Below, piece after piece: positions 36,834 through 44,442 of a stretch of 64,000 nucleotides of DNA (positions within the stretch are counted from its first letter, which is position 1; each line of letters begins with the position of its first letter). The stretch is from Gemmatimonadota bacterium (GTDB lineage Bacteria; Gemmatimonadota; Gemmatimonadetes; Gemmatimonadales; GWC2-71-9): contig JBDHFY010000003.1 in assembly GCA_039590195.1 (NCBI GenBank), positions 4,241 to 68,240 on the forward strand, given 5' to 3'. Both the position numbers and the translations under genes were made by a program. The notes beneath the pieces were generated by a model that was given only the letters and a program-made list of their open reading frames with translations, ran no database searches and was not told where the DNA came from.

Positions 36834-37681
36834 GGGTTGTTCCTGAGAGCAACTTGAGTCGTCAGGGAGTCCATCAGATATCCCGTCGTCCCCAACGACG
36901 TTCGCACACGCTGAGCGCTCCGGCTGGTGAGCGCGATGCCGATCCGAGTCACTTCAGCCGGTGTGGCCGTCGCTCCCCCTGCTGCGTCGAAGTAGCTCAA
37001 GGTGAGTCCGGATGCGGTGAGTGGACCGGCGATCTGCTGGAGGTCGTCCCACGCGCCGGCGCCCTTGTCGAAGGCGTGGCCTCCCAGCCACCAGTCGTCC
37101 GCCGCGTCCTTGTAGAGCTGGACCTCGACGACCTCAAAGCTCCGCACGGGAGACCAGGCGGTGACCCCGCCCAGGTCTGGCCCGTTGTTGATCGTCACAT
37201 CCAGGCTCGCCGCCCCGCCGGGGCAGTTGTTGCCTGGTGATGCACTTTCCAAATCCACGTGCAGCCATTGGTCGTCGTCATCGGTCGTGCTGTCGGCGTC
37301 CACGAAGATCAAGGCCGAGTCCCGGCCCGGGTCCAGCGGTCGGAGACCGAGCCCATTGGTGGACGCGAGAAAGAGCTGCTGGCTCCCGGTGACGCCCGCA
37401 ACGCAAGTCGTGTAGAGGTTGCGCATCGCTTTGTACATCAGCGACGTGCTCGTCATGGCAATGATGTCACTGCCGGTGACGTCGCCGGCGTTGAGCTCGC
37501 GAAGCTCGGTCGGCAACACCGACATCCCCGACCGCACGTTGTCCGTCACCTTGACGCGCTGTGTTTGGCTCATGTATAACCGCTGGCCGTTGACCAGGAC
37601 CGTGAAGATGGCCGCGGTGACAATGGCCGTGAGAACCATTCCCACGATCAGCTCGATCAGCGTGAATCCACGGGAATTCAT
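36830..37681 (-). CDS. PilW-like type IV minor pilin (prepilin-type N-terminal methylation domain)
   Basis: ORF 36830-37795 trimmed to MNSRGFTLIELIVGMVLTAIVTAAIF (class III signal G|FTLIE). Size and position match pilW. 4-bp overlaps on both sides. Confidence 0.75.
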   Translation of the reverse strand: MNSRGFTLIELIVGMVLTAIVTAAIFTVLVNGQRLYMSQTQRVKVTDNVRSGMSVLPTELRELNAGDVTGSDIIAMTSTSLMYKAMRNLYTTCVAGVTGSQQLFLASTNGLGLRPLDPGRDSALIFVDADSTTDDDDQWLHVDLESASPGNNCPGGAASLDVTINNGPDLGGVTAWSPVRSFEVVEVQLYKDAADDWWLGGHAFDKGAGAWDDLQQIAGPLTASGLTLSYFDAAGGATATPAEVTRIGIALTSRSAQRVRTSLGTTGYLMDSLTTQVALRNNP

Positions 37682-38028
37682 GTACACCTCACAACCGTGG
37701 AAAACGTATCGGTGCGCGAGCCCTTGGGCGTCGGCGAAATGACGTTCACGCTGATCTTGGTAGCCTTCCCCGTCGGCAGCAGCTCGTCCGACCAACTGAC
37801 TGTGTACCGCCCGACCGGTTCCGACCCAGGCGATAGAGTCGCGCAGTCCTGACTTCGAAGAAGTTCGAAGCGGTCAGCGGCGAGCGTACTCGCGTAGGTG
37901 TGCTGCCTGCCCTCGGCGACCAGCTGGGTCGTCGCGGCGGCGGTGGCCAAGAGTCCCATCATACCCAGCGAGAGCATGAGGATGGCCACAATGGCTTCAA
38001 CGGTAGCAAACCCGTTCTGGTTCTTCAT
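37678..38028 (-). CDS. PilV-like type IV minor pilin
   Basis: 116-aa ORF, MKNQNGFATVEAIVAILMLSLGMMGLL (G|FxxxE prepilin motif). Small size and position are as for pilV. Confidence 0.7.
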   Translation of the reverse strand: MKNQNGFATVEAIVAILMLSLGMMGLLATAAATTQLVAEGRQHTYASTLAADRFELLRSQDCATLSPGSEPVGRYTVSWSDELLPTGKATKISVNVISPTPKGSRTDTFSTVVRCT

Positions 38029-38474
38029 CGCATGACCCTCCCCATCGGCGAGATCCTCAGCGAGTCGCTGTATGCACCCGTGCTGAGGTAGATGGCAGCG
38101 ATACCGGCGTTCATCGGGCCTAGGCCCCGGCCGTCGAACATCAGGGAATCGTGTGTGGACATGACCGCCACGCCAAAGCGCCGGTGCATGCTCTCGATGA
38201 CGCCCACGGTTTCCGTCGCACCCGAAACCGGGTTCGTGGAGCGGATCTCCAGCGTATCGCCACGGAAATGCAGGAACGTGGTCTTTCCCCGCTGCATGGC
38301 TGTCGCTCGAGCCTTGGCGTGGATGGTGACGATGGCATCCTTTGCTGCCCGCACCTGGTATCCAGCGTACGCTCTGGAGAATTTCGGAAAGGCAACGCCC
38401 GCCAGAATACCCATCAGGGCAAGGGCGTTTGCGATCTCGATGAGGGTGAAGCCTCGGTTCTTCATTGTCGTCAT
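38025..38474 (-). CDS. FimT/GspH-like minor pilin (pseudopilin)
   Basis: ORF 38025-38537 trimmed to MTTMKNRGFTLIEIANALALMGILAGVAFP. The second ATG at 38465 is equally possible. First gene behind the sigma-54 promoter. Confidence 0.7.
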   Translation of the reverse strand: MTTMKNRGFTLIEIANALALMGILAGVAFPKFSRAYAGYQVRAAKDAIVTIHAKARATAMQRGKTTFLHFRGDTLEIRSTNPVSGATETVGVIESMHRRFGVAVMSTHDSLMFDGRGLGPMNAGIAAIYLSTGAYSDSLRISPMGRVMR

Positions 38475-38500
38475 CTCTCTGCGGTCGGCACCGATAGTGG

Positions 38501-38516
38501 CAATTGACGTGCCAAC
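38501..38516 (-). promoter_or_regulatory. Sigma-54 (-24/-12) promoter of the minor-pilin operon
   Basis: The minus strand reads gatgtTGGCACGtcaaTTGCcact. This matches the TGGCACG-N4-TTGC consensus exactly, ~27 nt upstream of the ATG at 38474 and directly downstream of a sigma-54 enhancer-binding protein gene. Confidence 0.75.
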
Positions 38517-38626
38517 ATCTAACTGTAATGGCGACAATGGGTTAACGTGTTTGCGACGAGTCTCTGAGGATGCAAGATCTTACAGAGGTGCAAATTGGTG
38601 CAGGCGGGGCCCGCGAGCTTACAGGA

Positions 38627-39982
38627 CTAGATGGCGTGTTGCTTGAGCTTGTAGAACAGGCTGCGGATGCTCACGCCCAGGATCTTGGCGGCTTCGGCAC
38701 GGTTGCGGCCTGCCGCGCTGAGCGCCGCCTGAATGGCTTCGCGCTCGGCGCGACTGACGGCCACCTTGAGGGGGAGGGGGCCCCGATCCTGGCCGTTCTG
38801 CCCGTTGCCCGATGCAGCGGAGGGAGCCTCGGCAGACGCCGCGAACGCCTCAGCAGGCACCTTACCGTTGGGGGAGAGCACGACAGCCCGCTCGATGGCG
38901 TTTTCCAGCTCGCGCACGTTTCCGGGCCAGGGTCGCTGGCAGATCGCCGCCAGGACTTCCGGCGTGACGGTGACTCGTTGTCCGGTGCGTTCCATGCTCC
39001 GCTGGAAGAGGGCGAAGACGAGGGGCTCCAGGTCTTCCTGTCGCTCCCTGAGCGGCGGTACATGAATGCGGATCACATTCAGGCGGTAGTACAAATCCTC
39101 GCGAAACAGCCCCGCCTCGACGTCTTGCTCGAGGTCGCGGGCGGTGGCCGCCACGACCCTGACATCAACTTTGCGGACACCGGGGTGGCCCACGGGACGG
39201 ATCTCGCCCTCTTGCAGAACGCGAAGGAGCTTGACCTGGAGGGGCAACGGGAGGTCACCGATCTCGTCGAGTAGGAGCGTGCCGCCGTCGGCTTCCTCGT
39301 ACAGCCCGCGCCGCTTGGAGGTGGCCCCGGTGAAGGCGCCCTTGGCGTGTCCGAACAACTCGGATTCGAGCAGGGACTCCGGGATGGCTCCGCAATTGAG
39401 CGCCACGAACGGGCCCTCGCAGCGGGGGCTCATCGCGTGGATCTTGCGTGCTAATACTTCCTTGCCAGTCCCACTTTCGCCGGTCACGAGGACGGTGGTC
39501 GTGTGGGGCGCGACCCGGGCGGCCAGCTCCATCACGCGGCGCATGGCAGGAGACTGGGCGACCAGGTCGTGGTCCCGCCACTTAGCGAGCTCGGCCTCGA
39601 GCGAGGCCACCTGATCCCGCAACTGCTCCCGTTCCTGTGCCTTGCGGAGCGTAAGCGTAACCTCATCCGGGCGGAACGGCTTCGACAAGTAGTCATACGC
39701 GCCCCGCTTCATGGCCTCGATCGCCGCGTCCTCGGTGCCGTACGCACTCATCATGATGACGAGTGCCGCACCGCCTGCCTCCTTGTAGCGACGCAGGAAT
39801 TCCGGGCCGTCCATCTCGGGCATTCGTACGTCGCACAGGATGAGGTCGAACGGAGCTTGTCGGGTAAGGTCGAGGGCATCAACCGGTGAATTCTGAGCGA
39901 CCACGTTGTAGCCCTCGAGCTTCAGAAACCTGGATAGCCCGTCACGCAATCCGGGATCGTCGTCGACGATCAGAACCTTCAT
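38627..39982 (-). CDS. Sigma-54-dependent response regulator (NtrC/PilR-type enhancer-binding protein)
   Basis: ORF 38627-40231 trimmed to MKVLIVDDDPGLRD, whose ATG overlaps the kinase stop by 4 bp. Domains are REC, AAA+ (GESGTGKEV, GHAKGAFTGA, LLLDEIGDL, RVVAAT, RELEN) and a Fis-type HTH (NRAEAAKILGVSIRSLFYKLK). Confidence 0.9.
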   Translation of the reverse strand: MKVLIVDDDPGLRDGLSRFLKLEGYNVVAQNSPVDALDLTRQAPFDLILCDVRMPEMDGPEFLRRYKEAGGAALVIMMSAYGTEDAAIEAMKRGAYDYLSKPFRPDEVTLTLRKAQEREQLRDQVASLEAELAKWRDHDLVAQSPAMRRVMELAARVAPHTTTVLVTGESGTGKEVLARKIHAMSPRCEGPFVALNCGAIPESLLESELFGHAKGAFTGATSKRRGLYEEADGGTLLLDEIGDLPLPLQVKLLRVLQEGEIRPVGHPGVRKVDVRVVAATARDLEQDVEAGLFREDLYYRLNVIRIHVPPLRERQEDLEPLVFALFQRSMERTGQRVTVTPEVLAAICQRPWPGNVRELENAIERAVVLSPNGKVPAEAFAASAEAPSAASGNGQNGQDRGPLPLKVAVSRAEREAIQAALSAAGRNRAEAAKILGVSIRSLFYKLKQHAI

Positions 39983-40932
39983 TGGCCGCACGGTAGGAAC
40001 ACTTTGAACGCCGCTCCCCCCTCGCGCGCCCGGTCTACCCAGGCGATTCCGCCCAGTTCGTGCGCGGTTCGCTGCACCAAGGCGAGGCCGAGTCCTGTTC
40101 CTTTGCCCGGTTCCTTGGTCGTGAAGAAGGGGTCGAACACGTTCTCGGAGTCGTTGTTGCGAATGCCGGGGCCCGAGTCGGCGACGTACAGGAGGACACC
40201 GCGGCTGCCCGGCGGGAGTTCCGGCCGCCATGGACGCCGCGTGGCCGGTCTGGTCGAAACTGGACGCCGACGGTTGTCACCGCGCCGCCGCAGCGCATCA
40301 CCGTGAGGTTGGTACCCGGCTGCAAGTGCGCCCACGGCAATCGAGATGTTGGGTGCCGCGTCCACCGCATTGAGGAGCAGGTTCACCATCAGCTGTTCGA
40401 GGGCGTGGGCATTTCCACGCACCTTCGGCAATTTAGGGTCGCACTCGAACACCAGATTGGCGCGTTTGAGCACACCCTGTTGCTTCAACAGCTCGATGGC
40501 GGACCGCACCATCGCAGCCATGTCGATCTCGCTGACTGACTCCCTGTGAGTGTGAGCGTAATCCAGCAGGCTCCGCACGATGCGATCGATGCGCTCCGTT
40601 TCGCGTGAAAGCGCCTCGACGATCTCGCCGTCCGCGTCGGTGCGCTCGAGGAGACCGATGTAGGTCTTGATGGCCGAAAGGGGATTGCCGACCTCATGGG
40701 CAATCCCTGCGGCCATCCTCCCGATGCTCGCGAGCTTCTCCGCTCGCGCGAGTTGGCGCTGGACGTCCTCGCTCTGGGCGATCATACCGCAAACACTCTC
40801 CACATAACGTCTCGGCCCGGTGGATGTCCAGGACCAAGCCGAGCGACGTACACCGTTCGCCTCGAGCCCTCGACTATCCGTGCCGGTAGCTGCCGGATCA
40901 CCACTTCCCTCAACGACAGACACTCCGGCCAT
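39979..40932 (-). CDS. Cytoplasmic sensor histidine kinase (DHp + CA only; no TM or HAMP)
   Basis: 317-aa ORF. H-box RMAAGIAHEVGNPL, N-box LMVNLLLNAVDA, G1 DSGPGI, G2 GKGTGLGLA. There are only ~55 aa before the DHp helix. It is paralogous to the TM/HAMP kinase at 48492-49607. Confidence 0.85.
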   Translation of the reverse strand: MAGVSVVEGSGDPAATGTDSRGLEANGVRRSAWSWTSTGPRRYVESVCGMIAQSEDVQRQLARAEKLASIGRMAAGIAHEVGNPLSAIKTYIGLLERTDADGEIVEALSRETERIDRIVRSLLDYAHTHRESVSEIDMAAMVRSAIELLKQQGVLKRANLVFECDPKLPKVRGNAHALEQLMVNLLLNAVDAAPNISIAVGALAAGYQPHGDALRRRGDNRRRPVSTRPATRRPWRPELPPGSRGVLLYVADSGPGIRNNDSENVFDPFFTTKEPGKGTGLGLALVQRTAHELGGIAWVDRAREGGAAFKVFLPCGQ

Positions 40933-41500
40933 GGCAACCGGGACGGAAACACGGGATCACCGTGTGCCGAAGTTGTCGGTTAGCCGCATCGTGAGCGGCC
41001 TTGTTCCGGATGACCAACGCGGTATCCAACGCCGGCGAATACAGGCGTGCACCATGGAGTGTTGACGAGCGCACGGTCCTCCGGATTCAATGTCAGCATC
41101 ACACCACCCACCACACCGTCCATGGGGCATTAAGTTGGGACGATTGGTGGCATGATTTCTGTGAGCCACGTCATTTTCACCCAAACACTGAGGATCAGCT
41201 CGGCACAATCACCGATTCTATGGGCTTTGCGCCGTTGCGAGCGGGCGCTGGGATGACGCAAATCACACAAAAGTAGATCGGCTTCTGGTGGAACCGAGGC
41301 CGCTCGGCGGGTGCGGTGGCGTGCTATTTGGGAGTGCAATGTGCTGCAGGCACCGCTCGCGTTGCGTAATGGAAAGACGGTGTTTGTGGCGCGCTGCGGT
41401 GTTGCCGAACAACGGGAGAGCGAAACGGCCGGTCATATGTGAGGCAGCTCACCAAACCCCCTTTCTCCTCGCCGGTTCCGCGATGCGATGACTCCGGAGA

Positions 41501-42691
41501 TCAGCTTGCCAGTGCGTGGGCGGCCACGCGTGCCGTTTCGGCCAGGACGGCGGCCCCCACGAAGATGCTCTCCTCTGCCGGAAAGAAACGGGGAGTGTGG
41601 GCGGGAATGACCTCACCGCCAGGTTCGCGGGCGCCTATTCGCAGGAAACAACCGGGAATCTCCTCGAGATAAAACGCGAAATCTTCGCCGGCCATGTTGA
41701 GGAACCCAAGGGGTACAAGGGCGGCCTCGCCCATGAGCGCCGCAACCGCCTTTCTCGCCCAGGCAACGGGCCGCTCTTCGTTGATGATTGGCGGTGTGCC
41801 GAGGCTCAGGTCCAAGGTTGCCCGCACCCCGTGCGCCTGTGCGGTATGCTCGACTATTCGCCGAACCTCGTCGTGCAGGAGTTGGCGCACCGCCGGTTCC
41901 ACCGTTCGAAGGGTCCCGCCGAGCGTGGCGGAATCAGGGATCACATTCGGAGCAGTGCCCGCATGGATGCTGCCGATGGTGACGACGCCGCATTGGGCGG
42001 GGTTCAACCGTCGTGACACTATTGTCTGCAGTGCACCGATCAATGCGCCGGCCGCGACGATGGGGTCGGCGGCCTCGTGGGGCCGGGCCCCGTGCGCCCC
42101 GCTTCCCTCGAGTTCGACGATGAACGCATCAGAAGCGGCCGCGAGGGGGCCGGTGTCTGCGACGACTTCCCCCAAGGCGAATCGGCGGTCGACATGGGCG
42201 CCAAAGATGGCGCTGGCGCCCTCGAGAGCACCGGTCTCGAGAATGGCCGGTGCTCCTTTGCCCGTCTCCTCCGCAGGCTGCAACACGACGAGCACGTCCC
42301 CCAGGGCCGGTTCGTGGGAGAGTAGGTGTGCGGCGCCCACTGCCCAGGTTGCGTGTACGTCGTGCCCGCAGGCGTGCATGACTCCGGCGTGCTCGGAGCT
42401 GAACGCCAGCCCGCTATTCTCCTGGATCGGTAGAGCGTCGATATCACCCCTGATTGCTACCACGGGGCCGGTTGGATCTTTCCCTTTGATCCGGGCCACG
42501 ACACCTGTGTCCGCCACCCGCTTCAGGTAAACGGGCTCGAGCTCGGATAGCTCGTCGTGAAGCCGCTGGGCCGTCCGCCCCTCCTCGAACGAGAGTTCCG
42601 GATGTTGGTGGAGGTCTCGCCGAAGCGTAACCAGCCGATCTCGCAGGGTTGGTGCAAACCGTTGCTGCAATTGAGTGAGCGCCGAAGCCAA
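41501..42691 (-). CDS. M20-family amidohydrolase (N-acyl-L-amino-acid amidohydrolase / hippurate hydrolase-like)
   Basis: The 642-aa ORF in the track runs through the upstream gene. The start is re-assigned to the TTG at 42691, which has AGGAGG 7 nt upstream. Motifs LHQHPELSFEE, IRGDIDALPI, MHACGHDVH, QPAEE, and a C-terminal dimerisation domain. Confidence 0.8.
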   Translation of the reverse strand: MASALTQLQQRFAPTLRDRLVTLRRDLHQHPELSFEEGRTAQRLHDELSELEPVYLKRVADTGVVARIKGKDPTGPVVAIRGDIDALPIQENSGLAFSSEHAGVMHACGHDVHATWAVGAAHLLSHEPALGDVLVVLQPAEETGKGAPAILETGALEGASAIFGAHVDRRFALGEVVADTGPLAAASDAFIVELEGSGAHGARPHEAADPIVAAGALIGALQTIVSRRLNPAQCGVVTIGSIHAGTAPNVIPDSATLGGTLRTVEPAVRQLLHDEVRRIVEHTAQAHGVRATLDLSLGTPPIINEERPVAWARKAVAALMGEAALVPLGFLNMAGEDFAFYLEEIPGCFLRIGAREPGGEVIPAHTPRFFPAEESIFVGAAVLAETARVAAHALAS

Positions 42692-42804
42692 GTCGTCGCC
42701 TCCTGTTGATCGGATGTTTCGAGGACGGCACCTGTCAGGAGCAATAATAATCCGAGGGGTTGCAGAAGGTGAGCGCTGAATGACGGATGGGTCCCGACCA
42801 GGGA

Positions 42805-44328
42805 CTACGGCTGCTCGATCCTCTCGGGTATTCGGGAGAAGCTGGCGAACCCCTCGAGGTTCACCTCGGCGACACCAGCCTGGCTGTCGAGCACGAACTG
42901 CACCAGCGTCTTGCCGACGCGGCGGTCGCGCCATGTGACTCGAAAAGTATCGAAATGCCAGTGCTCGAGCTCGCCGACGAGGGCTCCACCTTGTCGGACG
43001 ACCAGAGAACCATCGTGGGGTAGGACCTCGAGTTGTCCATACACGCTGTCCCCATACACGCCGACATACGCATCCAGGGGTAGGGAAGGAGTGGTGCCGG
43101 GGATGCGGGCTTCCTCGATCGCCTTGCGTTGCTTCGACTCCTGCTCTTGCTGATCCTCGAACGCCGTGAAGAGCTCGGAGCTCCAGTCCCGTTCGATGTG
43201 GCCGAGCCACAGATCGAAGATCCAATTCGTGAGGGCGTGGGGGAAGAGCGTGCCCTCCATGTTCGTCAATATGACGACGCCCAACCGGAGCTCCGGCATC
43301 ATGGCCACGACGGCGGTCATTCCGTCGATGTTGCCTCCGTGTTGTACGGCCATCCGTCCCCGGTAATCGAGGAGATACCAGCCGAGTCCGTAGCTGAGAA
43401 AGCGCGCTTCCGGCGCGAGGAGGACCCACTCCCCTTCTTTGCGAACCACCGTTTGAGGTGTCTGCGACTCCCTCACGCCCTCAGCACTGATGACTTGCAC
43501 CCCGCCAAGCGCACCTTCACCCAGATGCAACCGCACCCATTGAGCCATTTCGATGGCGTTGGAGTTGATGGCCACGGCTGGAGCGATGTTGTCGACGTTG
43601 CGCCAGGGAACGGTTACAATCCTTCCATCGATCCTGGCATGGGGGGTGGCCACGTTGACCCGGTCGGCAAAGAGATCGACTGAGGTGCCACTCCGAGACA
43701 TTCCCAGAGGATCGAAGATGCGTTGCTTGACGAACTCATCCCAGGTCAGACCGGCAACGGCCTCAATGACGCTCCCGGCCGCGAGAAACATGATGTTCTG
43801 GTAGCCGAACCGCGAGCGGAAGCTCCAGCTTGGCTTCAAAAAGCGAATGCGCCGCAGAATCTCGTCACGGGAGAATTCCGTTCCGTACCAGAGCCGATCC
43901 CCCCGAGCCAAGCCGCTACGGTGGCTGAGGAGGTCGCGCACCGTGATTTCGCGAGTTATGTACGGATCGTGGAGCTGAAAGCCGGGAAGATAATCCGTGA
44001 CCCGATCATCCCATTTCAGGCGACCCTCGTCCACCAACATCGCAATGGACGCTGCGGTGAAGGCCTTTGAGGCGGACCCGATCGCGAAGTTGGTGAATTC
44101 GTCGACTGGTGTGGGTTCGCCGACCTCTCGACGGCCATAACCCTTGGCGAAGATGATGGAGTCGTCTTTAACGATGGAGATGGCGAGACCGGGGATCTTC
44201 CATTCCCGAAGCCCGTCCTGGATGTACCGATCCAGCCCCCTGAGTGGGCCGGTCTGTCCCGGGAGGGTCGCCGTTGGGAGGAAGAGAGCGATCAACGGGG
44301 AAAGGCGCAGGGCTGATACCGATTTCAT
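42805..44328 (-). CDS. Beta-lactamase-fold serine hydrolase (class C/PBP4*-like) with C-terminal extra domain
   Basis: 507-aa ORF with a signal peptide. SxxK motif FAIGSASKAFTA, plus SHRSGL. The C-terminal ~110 aa are lipocalin-like (DUF3471-type, assigned from memory of this architecture). Confidence 0.8.
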   Translation of the reverse strand: MKSVSALRLSPLIALFLPTATLPGQTGPLRGLDRYIQDGLREWKIPGLAISIVKDDSIIFAKGYGRREVGEPTPVDEFTNFAIGSASKAFTAASIAMLVDEGRLKWDDRVTDYLPGFQLHDPYITREITVRDLLSHRSGLARGDRLWYGTEFSRDEILRRIRFLKPSWSFRSRFGYQNIMFLAAGSVIEAVAGLTWDEFVKQRIFDPLGMSRSGTSVDLFADRVNVATPHARIDGRIVTVPWRNVDNIAPAVAINSNAIEMAQWVRLHLGEGALGGVQVISAEGVRESQTPQTVVRKEGEWVLLAPEARFLSYGLGWYLLDYRGRMAVQHGGNIDGMTAVVAMMPELRLGVVILTNMEGTLFPHALTNWIFDLWLGHIERDWSSELFTAFEDQQEQESKQRKAIEEARIPGTTPSLPLDAYVGVYGDSVYGQLEVLPHDGSLVVRQGGALVGELEHWHFDTFRVTWRDRRVGKTLVQFVLDSQAGVAEVNLEGFASFSRIPERIEQP

Positions 44329-44442
44329 GGCAGCCTCTCCAAGCGTCGGCGCACGGGCGGCTGGGGCGGGGAAAGGCTAATCCCGACTTCGAACCCGCCG
44401 AATCCCCCAATCCGATCCCTGGCTATTGATAACCTTGTTCCG

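Noticed and set aside
41001-41491. ORFs 41001-41276 (+, 91 aa) and 41288-41491 (+, 67 aa) in the 570-bp gap. I also looked there for tRNA, tmRNA, SRP, RNase P and 6S-like sequence.
   Set aside because: The peptides are His/Cys/Arg-rich oddities without an RBS. I could not recognise conserved cores of any of the common structured RNAs by eye. A covariance-model scan is needed before any RNA claim.
42692-43429. The 642-aa ORF 41501-43429 read as one large protein.
   Set aside because: Its upstream part overlaps the serine hydrolase gene (42805-44328) in another frame and is Arg/Pro-rich. The M20 homology begins only near a TTG start at 42691 that has a perfect AGGAGG.
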